Shown here piece after piece: positions 55,088 through 64,000 of a DNA stretch of 64,000 nucleotides; the first letter of the stretch is position 1, and each line of letters starts with the position of its first letter. The notes beneath the pieces are model-generated. The model was not told the DNA's origin. It saw only the letters and a list, made by a program, of their open reading frames with translations, and searched no databases. The translations under genes were made by a program, and so were the position numbers. Source of the DNA: Chloroflexota bacterium. GTDB lineage: Bacteria > Chloroflexota > Anaerolineae > Aggregatilineales > Phototrophicaceae. The stretch is taken from assembly GCA_011523515.1 (NCBI GenBank), contig WTGO01000069.1, positions 71,890 through 135,889 of the forward strand. The letters are read 5' to 3'.

Positions 55088-56074
55088 CTAGCCTCCCTGG
55101 GCGATCACTTCGCGCGCCAGCGGCAGGACGGTATCCTGCGCCTGCTGCAGTGTGCCAGTCAACGTGCAGCCCGAAGCCAGTGTATGGCCGCCGCCGCCCA
55201 GCTGAAATGCCAGGCTGGCGACATCGTAGCCCGGCTTGGCGCGAAAGCCGACTTCCACCTGGTTATTCGGCAGCTCCTTGAAGACGGCGGATACTTTCGC
55301 CTGGGCCACATTGACGAGGTAGCTGACCAGGCCGCCATCCGACATGCTTTCCAAGCCAGCCCGGTCGATATCACATTGCCTTATTGTGGCGAAGATGAGT
55401 CCGCGATCCAGCCTGACGGAAGGCAGAACCAATTTCCAAAGCTCGACCTCTTGATAGGGGCGGCTGTTAAGCGTGTTGGCCATGATCTGCGACAGCGAAG
55501 CCCCGCGCTGCATCAGGTCTTGCGCAATGGACAGCGTCCGACTATTAGTGGCGCTGATTCTAAACCCCTGGGTGTCGGTTACGAGCCCGGTCAGCAGGGC
55601 GAAGGCGACATCTGTCGAGACCTCACAAGCCATAAATGCCAGAAAGTCATAAACGATTTCGACGGCGGCTACAGCGTCCGGGACAATCAGGTGTATATCG
55701 CCGTAGCGTGTATTCGTTGGGTGATGATCGAGATTGATCGCGCATTGGCTATTCTCAAGCCCATAAGCGCCGGCTTTTCCGATCCGGCTTAGGTCGCTGG
55801 AATCAACCGCGATCAACAGGTCGTATTCGCCGGCGGAGACAGCAGGCAAGATAGTTTCGCTACCGGGAATGAAGCGGAGCTCCGCGGGAACGCCATTGTC
55901 AATGGCGGCGCTAACTTCTTTGCCACGCGCGCGTAACGAATGGGCAATGCCCAGAAGCGAGCCAATGGCATCGCCATCGGGCGCGATGTGCGAGACGACC
56001 AAAATAGACTGCGCGGCGTCAATGGCATCGGCGGCCGCTTGCCATTGCGGTTCGGCAGGCGCCTCAGTCGTCAT
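55088..56074 (-). CDS. nrnA: DHH/DHHA1 phosphoesterase (NrnA-like oligoribonuclease/pAp phosphatase)
   Basis: HIAPDGDAIGS, LDHHPTN, GGGGHTLASG. Its position between rbfA and truB matches actinobacterial-type operons. Confidence 0.8.
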   Translation of the reverse strand: MTTEAPAEPQWQAAADAIDAAQSILVVSHIAPDGDAIGSLLGIAHSLRARGKEVSAAIDNGVPAELRFIPGSETILPAVSAGEYDLLIAVDSSDLSRIGKAGAYGLENSQCAINLDHHPTNTRYGDIHLIVPDAVAAVEIVYDFLAFMACEVSTDVAFALLTGLVTDTQGFRISATNSRTLSIAQDLMQRGASLSQIMANTLNSRPYQEVELWKLVLPSVRLDRGLIFATIRQCDIDRAGLESMSDGGLVSYLVNVAQAKVSAVFKELPNNQVEVGFRAKPGYDVASLAFQLGGGGHTLASGCTLTGTLQQAQDTVLPLAREVIAQGG

Positions 56075-56426
56075 CGGGAACCTCGTCGGGTATCTCCAGG
56101 CTGGAGATGATTTGGTTGATGCGGTTGGCGTTTTGCAGCGTGTGATCCCAATGAAAGTGCAGCTCGGGCGTATTGCGCAGCCGAATGCGCTTGCCGACTT
56201 CGCGCCGCAGAAAGCCCTGGGCGCGGCCGAGGGCTTTCATGACCACGTCTTTGCGGCTTTCGTCACCCATCGCGCTGACGTAGACTTTGGCGTACATCAG
56301 CTCAGGGTCTAGCGATACCTCCGTCACCGTAATATCCTGCAGGCGCGGGTCCGATATTTCGCGCAGCAAGAGTTGGCTCAAGATTTGGTGTATGCGGTCG
56401 TTCATGCGCCCCTGTTTGATGGACAT
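56064..56426 (-). CDS. rbfA: ribosome-binding factor A
   Basis: 120 aa with RIHQILSQLLLREISDPRL and VTVTEVSLDPELMYAKVYV. Confidence 0.9.
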   Translation of the reverse strand: MSIKQGRMNDRIHQILSQLLLREISDPRLQDITVTEVSLDPELMYAKVYVSAMGDESRKDVVMKALGRAQGFLRREVGKRIRLRNTPELHFHWDHTLQNANRINQIISSLEIPDEVPDDD

Positions 56427-56435
56427 GATTCCGCC

Positions 56436-58247
56436 TTAGTTGACCCGTTCGCGGACGAAGAACTCGATCAAATCGCCCTCTTCGTACTCGTTGACTCCAT
56501 CAAGGCCGATGCCGCATTCGAAGCCGGCGCGCACCTCGCGCACGTCTTCCTGGAAGCGCTTGAGCGATGCCACGCCAACGCTATCGACAGTCAGCTTTTC
56601 ACCGCGTTTGACACGGGCTTTGGCATTGCGCCGCGCCACGCCATCGCGAATCATGCAGCCGGCGATAAGGCCGCTGCGCGGGATCTTGAAAATCTGTCGA
56701 ACTTCCGCCACGCCGATGACGCGGTTAGCGTATTTGGGTTCGAGCATGCCGTGCAGTGCCAATTCAATGTCTTCAAATAGCTTGTAGATGATTTGATAGC
56801 GGCGGATTTCCACGCCATGCACTTCAGCTTGGGCCAGCGCGGCATTATCAGCGCTGACAGTAAAGCCGATGACGATTGCGTTAGAGGCGCTCGCCAGCAT
56901 TACGTCGGATTCCGTGATTCGCCCCACCTCCTGGCGCAGTACTCGAATGCCGATCTGTTCTTCATTGCGCTGGGAGATATTCTGCAGCTCATCCACGATG
57001 GGCTGGATTGAACCTTGTACGTCCGTTTTCAGGATGATCGACAGTTCTTTTGTTTCGCCCGATTGAAATTGCTCAAAGAAATCGTCCAGAGTTAGCGCTG
57101 CAGGCGCTTGGCCGTTGGTATTCTGGAGGCGCTCCGCCTCGCGGCGTGCTTCGGCCATGCTGCGGGCCGTCTTGTCATTCGGCGTAATCTCGAACATAAC
57201 ACCCGGCGCAGGGGGCGCATCCAAACCAAGCACCGCGACCGGCATGGAAGGTATTGCTTGTTTTACCGCATTGCCGGAGGAATCGAACATTGCCTTGATC
57301 TTGCCGTGGGAGGTGCCGGCAACAATTGAATCGCCCCGGTTCATCGTGCCATTCATGACCAGCAATGTGGCCATCGTACCGCGCGATCGATCGACTTCCG
57401 CTTCGATCACAGTGCCGCGCAGCACCCCGGTCTCATTCGCCACGATGCTATTGGCGTCCGCCACCAGGACCAGTGCCTCCAGCAGGTCTTCAATACCCTG
57501 GCCGGACAGCGAATCAATCGGCAACATCATGGTGGACCCGTCCCAGTCATCGGGAATCAAGTCCAGCTCGGCCAATTGCTGCTTGACCAGGTCTGGATTG
57601 GCGTTGCGCCGGTCGATCTTGGTCATGGCAACCACGATGGGAACGTTGGCCGCGCGCGCGTGATCGAGCGCTTCGCGGGTGGTCGGCATGACGCCGTCAT
57701 CGGCGGCTACCACCAGAATAGCGATGTCCGCGCCTTGTGCGCCTCTGGCGCGCATCGCGGTGAACGCTTCATGGCCGGGCGTGTCAAGAAATGTAAGCGT
57801 GCGTCCTGCGTGTTGCGCTTGATAAGCGCCGATGTGCTGCGTGATGCCGCCCGCCTCGCCTTCCGCCACGGCGGTCTTGCGGATGGTATCCAGCAATGTG
57901 GTCTTACCATGATCGACATGGCCGAGTATCGTGATGATTGGCGGGCGCGGCGCTAACGAATCGGGCGCTTCGCCTTCATACATTGAGCTCCACTTTTCTT
58001 CGCGTTCTTCCGCCCGTTTGACTTCTGCTTGCGCTGCGGCCTCTTCGCTGGCGGATTTGGCCACAAAGCCAAGTTCTTCGACGACAATGGCCGCTGTGTC
58101 AAAGTCAACAGTCTGATTGATAGACGCCATGATCCCGTTGGAGATCAAGGTCTTCATTACATCGATTGGGCTTACTTCAATCAGTGTGGCCAATTCGCGA
58201 ACGACAATGTAATCCGGTATCAGGATTTCATTGGTTGATTCTTCCAT
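56436..58247 (-). CDS. infB: translation initiation factor IF-2
   Basis: G-domain [27 protein letters not shown]-terminal domains are present and the N-terminal region is short. GGAGG upstream of the ATG. Confidence 0.95.
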   Translation of the reverse strand: MEESTNEILIPDYIVVRELATLIEVSPIDVMKTLISNGIMASINQTVDFDTAAIVVEELGFVAKSASEEAAAQAEVKRAEEREEKWSSMYEGEAPDSLAPRPPIITILGHVDHGKTTLLDTIRKTAVAEGEAGGITQHIGAYQAQHAGRTLTFLDTPGHEAFTAMRARGAQGADIAILVVAADDGVMPTTREALDHARAANVPIVVAMTKIDRRNANPDLVKQQLAELDLIPDDWDGSTMMLPIDSLSGQGIEDLLEALVLVADANSIVANETGVLRGTVIEAEVDRSRGTMATLLVMNGTMNRGDSIVAGTSHGKIKAMFDSSGNAVKQAIPSMPVAVLGLDAPPAPGVMFEITPNDKTARSMAEARREAERLQNTNGQAPAALTLDDFFEQFQSGETKELSIILKTDVQGSIQPIVDELQNISQRNEEQIGIRVLRQEVGRITESDVMLASASNAIVIGFTVSADNAALAQAEVHGVEIRRYQIIYKLFEDIELALHGMLEPKYANRVIGVAEVRQIFKIPRSGLIAGCMIRDGVARRNAKARVKRGEKLTVDSVGVASLKRFQEDVREVRAGFECGIGLDGVNEYEEGDLIEFFVRERVN

Positions 58248-58318
58248 TCCTGCCTCCTGTATTTTTTGCGACCGTTCGAGGCAGGATGGTCGATCCCGCC
58301 TCAGCTAACTGGGCTGGT

Positions 58319-58579
58319 TCATGAGGGTGTCATCTGCCGCAAATAGTCACGGTCGCCATCGCTCAACTCTTGACGCAGCGCGCGCGCCAACTGTGCGCCG
58401 GTCACGGACGCTGCCCAGCAAACCGGACTGCCACAGAGATACGCGCCGCGTCCATTCATCTTTCCAGTCGCATCCGTCCGCAATCTGTTTTCCGCCATTA
58501 CCAAGCGTGTCAGCATGCGCTTGTCTTTCTTTTCGCGACAGACAACACAACTGCGCTTCGGCCGATGTTTGCTAGCCAT
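58319..58579 (-). CDS. ylxR: YlxR/DUF448 RNA-binding protein
   Basis: RSCVVCREKKDKRMLTRLV and GRGAYLC. Located between nusA and infB. Confidence 0.85.
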   Translation of the reverse strand: MASKHRPKRSCVVCREKKDKRMLTRLVMAENRLRTDATGKMNGRGAYLCGSPVCWAASVTGAQLARALRQELSDGDRDYLRQMTPS

Positions 58580-58599
58580 GCTTGGCTGCTGTCAGCGGG

Positions 58600-60819
58600 C
58601 TAGAAGTCGTAGTCTTCCCAGGATTCTTCATCCCAGCTTCCCCGGCCGCCTTTACGGCGACGCTTGGCGATGACCTCGCCACTTTGCTCGTCCAAGACCA
58701 ACTGGCGCCGCTTCTGACGATCCTTGCGCCGCTGCTGTTTGCCCTTGCGCAAATCCAGTTCAAACTCGCGTTCGCTCTCTTCGTCATCAACCTCTGGATC
58801 AGCTTCAGCGACCTTGGCCGGCTTGGACGTGGCATCGCGCTGCCCATCAACTTCGGGCGCCAGCGGGACCTCGGCGACCGCTTCGACAGCCGATTCAGTT
58901 TCAACTTCAGCTACAATAGGCTGCCCAAAGGCATCGACCAGGACTTCGGGCTGACCATCGGCGGGAGCGGGCTGCTCTGCTGGACTTTCCGCTTCGCCCT
59001 CTGCGGCTGCTGCTTTGGCTTGCTCAGCCTCGGCTTCGGCCAGCGCCTCTTCTTCGTCTTCGTCGGTATCTTCAATTGAGATCGCTTCCGCAAGCAGTTG
59101 ATCAATATCTGCAGCCATGATGATGTCAAGCGCGGTCTGCAATTCTACCATCGGATCAACCGTTTCCGGTAGCGCAGCCTCTTCCTCCGCCGCAACGTCA
59201 AATTCTAGGTCTGCCTCCACGCCAGCTTCTGCTGCGGCTACATTGTCAGCTTCCGCTGCACCAGTCTCCTCCGTATCGGATACCGCTGCGGACTCTGTTT
59301 CAGCCGCCGTTCCCGCGTCCCCGTCGGCCTCTGTTTCGGTCGTGTCGCTGTCAGCCTCGGCGACCTTAAGGACCACCGCCAGCGGCGCCAATTTGCGCCT
59401 GACCGCGTCATCATTTACCAGGCTCATTAACATGACTTCGCCAACATTTTCGAAGGGTTCCAAGATATCGAGCATCTCTTGCGACACCGCGAGTACGTCA
59501 AGCGGCAGCTCGAAGAGTTGCGGCGCCAAGGTGGCGCGAATCGCCTCACGCTTCTGCAGATACACTTCGCGCTCTGCGTCTCGCTTCTCCTGCAGCAACT
59601 GTTCCACGACGTCGGCAAAGCGGCCCAGCGACTTGTATTCTTCGGGCATAATCGCCAGATCGTGCTTCTTTTTCTCCATGACACGCATGGACTCGGCGAT
59701 CAGATCGGCATGACGCTCGGCCAATGCGCCAAGCGATTCGCTGTCCAGCGCATCCAGCGCGTTCTGCACCGTCTCGGCGACGCTTTTGATATCGATGCGC
59801 CAGCCGGTTAGCTTTGCAGCCAGCCTGGCGTTCTGCCCTTCGCGGCCAATCGCGAGCGACAGCTGATCATCGGGAACCAGGACAACAGCGGTCTTGCCCT
59901 CGATCGGATCATCGTCGAGATAGACGCCGGTGACTCGGGCCGGGCTGAGCGCCTTGGAGATGAAGGCGACCGCGTCAGTGTTCCATTCAATGACGTCAAT
60001 CTTTTCGTTGTGGAGTTCTTTGACGATGTTCTGGATGCGGATGCCGCGCATGCCCACACAAGCGCCGACTGGGTCGATGCCGTCTTGCAGCGCGGCGACA
60101 GCCACTTTGGAGCGGTGTCCGGCTTCACGGGCGATATTCTTGATCTCGACTTGCCCGTTGTAAATCTCGGGCACTTCGTATTCGAGCAAGCGCCGCAGCA
60201 TGTTGCGATGCGCCCGGCTGACCATTATCTGCGGACCGCGGTTGCTCTTATCCACCTCGACAACATAGACGCGTATCTTTTCGTGAGTGCGATAACGCTC
60301 GCCGGGAATCTGCTCCTTGCGGAGCAATTCCGCTTCGGCGCGGCCCAGGCTGAGTGTGACCTTGCGCATATTGGTGCTTTGCACGGTTCCGGTAATCAAG
60401 TCGCCTTCGCGGTTGATAAATTCGTCGTAAAGCGAATTGCGCTCCGCCTCGCGAATTTTCTGCAGAATTACCTGCTTGGCAGTTTGCGCCGCAATGCGAC
60501 CGAAGCTTCTCGTGGTATTGTCGACTTGCACCATGACGATATCGTTGATCTGCGCCTCGGGATTGAAGAACCTGGCTCTTTCCAGCGTAACCTCCGTCGA
60601 CTCGCTGAATACGTCGTCCACGACTTCTTTTTCGACGAAGACCTTGGCGCGTCCAGTGACGGGATCTATTTCCGCCTCAATCGCTTGCGCTGCGCTGGCG
60701 CCCGTGTCCTTGCGATAAGCCGAAACCAAGGCGCTCTGCAAAGCGTCGAGCACGATATCGGACGGGAGCGCACGCATCTGCGCAATTTCGTTAAAGGCAA
60801 TTTGCAATTCGTTTGACAT
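58600..60819 (-). CDS. nusA: transcription termination/antitermination factor NusA with long acidic C-terminal extension
   Basis: NTD, S1 ([10 protein letters not shown]...), KH1 ([18 protein letters not shown]) and KH2 ([27 protein letters not shown]), followed by about 390 extra residues. ATG 60819 with GGAG upstream. Confidence 0.92.
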   Translation of the reverse strand: MSNELQIAFNEIAQMRALPSDIVLDALQSALVSAYRKDTGASAAQAIEAEIDPVTGRAKVFVEKEVVDDVFSESTEVTLERARFFNPEAQINDIVMVQVDNTTRSFGRIAAQTAKQVILQKIREAERNSLYDEFINREGDLITGTVQSTNMRKVTLSLGRAEAELLRKEQIPGERYRTHEKIRVYVVEVDKSNRGPQIMVSRAHRNMLRRLLEYEVPEIYNGQVEIKNIAREAGHRSKVAVAALQDGIDPVGACVGMRGIRIQNIVKELHNEKIDVIEWNTDAVAFISKALSPARVTGVYLDDDPIEGKTAVVLVPDDQLSLAIGREGQNARLAAKLTGWRIDIKSVAETVQNALDALDSESLGALAERHADLIAESMRVMEKKKHDLAIMPEEYKSLGRFADVVEQLLQEKRDAEREVYLQKREAIRATLAPQLFELPLDVLAVSQEMLDILEPFENVGEVMLMSLVNDDAVRRKLAPLAVVLKVAEADSDTTETEADGDAGTAAETESAAVSDTEETGAAEADNVAAAEAGVEADLEFDVAAEEEAALPETVDPMVELQTALDIIMAADIDQLLAEAISIEDTDEDEEEALAEAEAEQAKAAAAEGEAESPAEQPAPADGQPEVLVDAFGQPIVAEVETESAVEAVAEVPLAPEVDGQRDATSKPAKVAEADPEVDDEESEREFELDLRKGKQQRRKDRQKRRQLVLDEQSGEVIAKRRRKGGRGSWDEESWEDYDF

Positions 60820-60883
60820 TATGCACCACTCCAACGGATGGGCCGGCTAGAAACGCCGGCGACGCGCCAGCCCGATATAAAAC

Positions 60884-60907
60884 GAAAAGTGGGGGCTGCC
60901 CACTTTT
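60884..60907 (-). terminator. hairpin + U-tract in the nusA leader (terminator for the upstream gene and/or attenuator)
   Basis: Minus-strand RNA AAAAGUGGG-cagcc-CCCACUUUU then CGUUUUAUAU. The GC core is only 5 bp, flanked by A/U tracts (bidirectional type). Confidence 0.4.
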
Positions 60908-60929
60908 TCCATTCGCTTGCTTCTGCGCC

Positions 60930-60958
60930 GACAATAACATGAAACGCTGGCGACGTCA
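60930..60958 (-). promoter_or_regulatory. candidate promoter TTGACG-N17-(TGt)TATTGT upstream of nusA
   Basis: Minus strand: TTGACG (60958-60953), 17-nt spacer ending in TGt, TATTGT (60935-60930). The hairpin at 60884-60907 lies about 20-45 nt downstream of the predicted TSS. Confidence 0.45.
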
Positions 60959-61045
60959 AGCCTAAGCGGCTGAAAACCGGATGTCGATTCTGCTCTGGCG
61001 CCCCCAGAAGCCGCCTTAAGCAGAAACGACCTGTCGATAATCCAG

Positions 61046-64000
61046 CTAGAAAGGCGCGAACTTTAGCACCCTTCCGGCGCCGGAGTCACTGACATAAACG
61101 AAACCGTCGCTATCCACGGCGATGCCGCCGATTTTCTGAAACTGCCCAACCACGGCCGAGTCTCCCGCTTCGCCGAAGGACCCAAGGCACTCGCCCGCGG
61201 TGTCGTATACCAAGATGCGCTTGACATCCGGATCGGTGATGTAGAGCGTATCGCGGCTTTCGTCCAGCGCTAGGTATGGACGATTAAACGAATTGTTGTA
61301 CCAGCCGCGCACGCGGAAGTCATCGCGGTGGCCGCCATCAAGGCTGAAGACGGCGATGCGTCTGTTCCACGTGTCGGCGACGAAGAGACGGCCGTCGGAA
61401 TGAATCGCCAGTCCGCTGGGTTCATCCAATTCGCCGGGACCGCTGCCGCCGTTGCCGATATCATATTGAAAGACTGCTTCAACGCCGTCGCTTGAGTAAA
61501 CTCTGATTCGCTTGTTTCCCGTGTCCGATATGTAAATTAGGCCCTGCTCATCGACAGCGACATCGCGCGGCCCCCAAAAGCCATCGGTAGGATCCAGCGG
61601 CGCGTCAAAGCCATATTCGCCCGCCCGGCCCCAGCTTGCAAGCGGCGCGCCCTGCGCATCCAGCTGCTGGATGCGGTAATTCCAGGTATCCACGATCAGC
61701 AGATCGCCGCCGTCAGTGAGGGCGACGCTGTTGGGTCGCCTGAAACTGACTGCATCGGTTCCGCCATAGCTCCGCTCAAAGGCGCCGTCGCGGTCAAAAC
61801 TGTAAATGAGATTGGCATTCTCGTCTGCGACGTAGACGCGTTCGCCGGATACGGTCAACGCCAAGGGGTGAGAGAAACCTGGCTCGGGTTGGTCAAATTC
61901 CAGTATAGGGCTTAGCGAGCGCCAATTGGCGGCGCACTGATTAATCTCCGTCGGGATATTGCTGGGGACATCGCCATCGCCCAGTCCGTATTCCCAGATC
62001 ATCGAAGCGAAGTCCTTGCGGATGTAGACGTGCATGCGATCGGATACGGGCCAATTCGTCAGCGAAAAGTCCTTGCCTGTCGCTTCGCCGTACTGATCGT
62101 AATCGCGCGCCCACCAGATATCAAATATGCCCCTTCTCAAGGCGGCGGCATTGGCGTTTTGCGGCGAAAAGTCGAGTAGATTATTGATTCTCTCCGGCGT
62201 CAGCCCAAAGTATTCCTGCATCGGCCACCACATACGCATATGGTCGCGCCGAATATAGCGATCTTCCAGGATAGGCTCGACATCGCCCCGATGCCCGGCG
62301 CCGACAACCACAAAGATGGCGTTTTCGGTGTTTTGGACCGTGGGGTTGGCGCCGACGAAAACGGCATCGGTGAAGTTGCGGAAGTACCAGCTGTAGGGCC
62401 AAGACACTTCATCATCGTAAACAAACTTCATGTCCAAGCCATCGGTCGTGCGCAGGCTCATCTCTTCAATGTCATCGAGGACCCACTTAACCGCGGGACC
62501 CGCATGCGCGTAAACCAGCAGTTCCGTGGGCAAGTCATAGTTGATGAACGATGCCATCCAGGCCGCGCGCAGGGTGAATACGCTCAAAAGGCCGAAGAGC
62601 GCTACTGACAGAATTCGCCTGATGTGCATCCAGCCAGAATGGCGCGCTAGGATTACCAGAACGTAGCCCGCGCCAACCGCGACAATCAGAGCCGCCAGCC
62701 ATTCATAAGTTTGTTCGAGCTGGCGCGTGGCCAGGCCAGCAAACGGCATATCGCCGGCGATGACTGATCCAATGACACGAAAAAGGCTGATCAGAAATAG
62801 CGGGGTGATGAGCAGCGCGATCCAGCCGCGCGCCAAAAACCTGGAGACTTCAATGCGTGAGAAGACTCCGCCGAAATACGAGGCGGCGATAAGAATCATC
62901 GGTGTTGTGAGATGGGTGCCGAGCCAGGGCATCTTCTCGCCGGCCAGCGAATAGCCGACAAGATTCAATATCGCCCACCACGCCAGCAAAATGAGGAAGG
63001 GGAGGCGGCTTAGTTTCCCATCGTCCTGCGCGCATTCCGGGGCGACGACTTGAGACGCAGCGCTCGGGTCAGAGTCGGTTTCCGTGATAAGGGCGCCGTC
63101 ATCGTTGGCGAAACCATCGATTGCTCCTTCATCCGGCTGGTCCGCCGACGAGCCATCTGAATCCGAATCCCCGGCCTGCTCGAAGTATGATTCCAATTGC
63201 GCCTCGATTTGGCGCTGGCGGACCGCTTCGATCTCCAGGATTCGTTTGCGCCGCGACTTCCAAAAGCAGGTGACGCTGGCGAACATGGCGCTGATTGTGC
63301 CGACGATCGGCAAGAACTCGTAGGTAGGCATGATGATGAGCAGGTAGTAATACTGCGGCTGGCTGCCGCGGCGCACGCCTTGCTGCTCCAGCCAATAGCC
63401 CAGGCTATAGATCATGCCCGTGCCCAGCCCGGCGATATTGGTGAACACGGTCGTGAAAAAGAAGGCGAAAATTACGTGGAATATCGCGGCGGATATCAGC
63501 CAGCGCTTTCGATTCCAGCTAAGACCGATCACCACGGAAAGCAACATGAGCGGCGCGAATACCGAGGCGTCCGCAAGCAAACGCCCGACCTGCTCAGAAG
63601 AGTTGATGCTTGGCAAGCCGATAAGAAGTCCGCGAATCCCTTCTGGCAACGTCTCTGCCAGGCCAATGAAATCGCCGGCGGCGCCGCCCATAAAGCGCGT
63701 AAACAGAGCAGTCGTCCACGGCAGAATTAGCGTCAAGATGAGGACTAGAAAATCAACTTCCGGAAATTGGTAGAGGTAGCCCCAGAAACCGCTCTTTTCG
63801 CCCTTGTCCTCAGCGGGTATATCGTCTTCGTCACTGGGCCGCCGGGCATCGCGGACGAGAAAGACGATGACGGCAATGGCGATTGACCAGAGCGCAAGCG
63901 CCGGGCCGAGCCGTATGCCCGCGCCGACAGCGCCGTTCTGAGACTCATCCGCTTCGGCATCGGGGATGGCCGGTTCGGCTGTCTCGGTCGGGCTGGGGAA
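61046..64000 (-). CDS. large polytopic membrane protein fused to a C-terminal six-bladed NHL-repeat propeller (5' end outside the window)
   Basis: The frame stays open from 63736 to the window edge (…LGPALALWSIAIAVIVFLV…FWGYLYQFPEVDFLVLILTLILPW…), so the ORF-track TTG start at 63736 is probably internal. More than 10 TM helices and a QYYYLL motif. Six NHL repeats, for example RPNSVALTDGGDLLIVDTWNYRIQQLD and PSGLAIHSDGRLFVADTWNRRIAVF. Confidence 0.75.
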   Translation of the reverse strand, partial: FPSPTETAEPAIPDAEADESQNGAVGAGIRLGPALALWSIAIAVIVFLVRDARRPSDEDDIPAEDKGEKSGFWGYLYQFPEVDFLVLILTLILPWTTALFTRFMGGAAGDFIGLAETLPEGIRGLLIGLPSINSSEQVGRLLADASVFAPLMLLSVVIGLSWNRKRWLISAAIFHVIFAFFFTTVFTNIAGLGTGMIYSLGYWLEQQGVRRGSQPQYYYLLIIMPTYEFLPIVGTISAMFASVTCFWKSRRKRILEIEAVRQRQIEAQLESYFEQAGDSDSDGSSADQPDEGAIDGFANDDGALITETDSDPSAASQVVAPECAQDDGKLSRLPFLILLAWWAILNLVGYSLAGEKMPWLGTHLTTPMILIAASYFGGVFSRIEVSRFLARGWIALLITPLFLISLFRVIGSVIAGDMPFAGLATRQLEQTYEWLAALIVAVGAGYVLVILARHSGWMHIRRILSVALFGLLSVFTLRAAWMASFINYDLPTELLVYAHAGPAVKWVLDDIEEMSLRTTDGLDMKFVYDDEVSWPYSWYFRNFTDAVFVGANPTVQNTENAIFVVVGAGHRGDVEPILEDRYIRRDHMRMWWPMQEYFGLTPERINNLLDFSPQNANAAALRRGIFDIWWARDYDQYGEATGKDFSLTNWPVSDRMHVYIRKDFASMIWEYGLGDGDVPSNIPTEINQCAANWRSLSPILEFDQPEPGFSHPLALTVSGERVYVADENANLIYSFDRDGAFERSYGGTDAVSFRRPNSVALTDGGDLLIVDTWNYRIQQLDAQGAPLASWGRAGEYGFDAPLDPTDGFWGPRDVAVDEQGLIYISDTGNKRIRVYSSDGVEAVFQYDIGNGGSGPGELDEPSGLAIHSDGRLFVADTWNRRIAVFSLDGGHRDDFRVRGWYNNSFNRPYLALDESRDTLYITDPDVKRILVYDTAGECLGSFGEAGDSAVVGQFQKIGGIAVDSDGFVYVSDSGAGRVLKFAPF

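Noticed and set aside
63745-63960. 71-aa ORF on the minus strand upstream of the NHL-protein ORF.
   Set aside because: It is out of frame with the real gene. The frame of the 896-aa ORF itself stays open to the window edge and encodes a TM helix, so this small ORF is a shadow.
1-64000. Looked for CRISPR repeats, tRNA/rRNA/tmRNA-like sequences, transposase or integrase genes, phage or defence-system genes, and long DNA repeats between the paralogous sulfatase and sialidase genes.
   Set aside because: None recognised by eye. The intergenic regions are short (337 bp or less) and are explained by promoters and terminators. The paralogs are only distantly related at the protein level. A tRNAscan/Infernal/repeat-finder run would be needed to exclude small elements formally.

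Overview
High-GC (roughly 60%) bacterial chromosomal segment with about 49 protein-coding genes. I recognised no rRNA, tRNA, CRISPR array, transposase or integrase by eye. Gene content and synteny look Chloroflexota-like, but that is a low-confidence inference. 1-12.7 kb holds miscellaneous genes: an orphan OmpR-type response regulator, a secreted esterase-CapA fusion, an atypical Clp/Hsp100 ATPase, phosphomannomutase, a methyltransferase, a coupled membrane/secreted hypothetical pair, and a CoA-transferase plus enoyl-CoA hydratase operon. 12.9-37.6 kb is the accessory region, an 18-gene PUL-like locus for a sulfated and possibly sialylated glycan. It has four Cys-type sulfatases, two GH33-type sialidases, a third Asp-box propeller, a GH88-like hydrolase, an unassigned 694-aa protein and one secreted clan GH-A enzyme. 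It also has an Opp/Dpp-type and a CUT1-type ABC importer, arranged as two tandem minus-strand operons behind near-consensus sigma-70-type promoters. Every enzyme except the GH-A protein lacks a signal peptide. The family-5 binding-protein gene has its signal peptide in a different reading frame from its body. 37.8-64 kb is core genome: a GAF-PAS histidine kinase, a ROK kinase, mutS translationally coupled to a Sulfotransfer_1-type sulfotransferase, DUF1385, recJ, fmt, MATE, PspC, mdh and era. It also carries the nusA-ylxR-infB-rbfA-nrnA-truB-ribF operon, in which NusA has a ~390-aa acidic tail and a promoter plus hairpin leader. The window ends in a 5'-partial polytopic membrane protein fused to a six-bladed NHL propeller. 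All functional calls come from motif recognition in the supplied translations. No database search was run.
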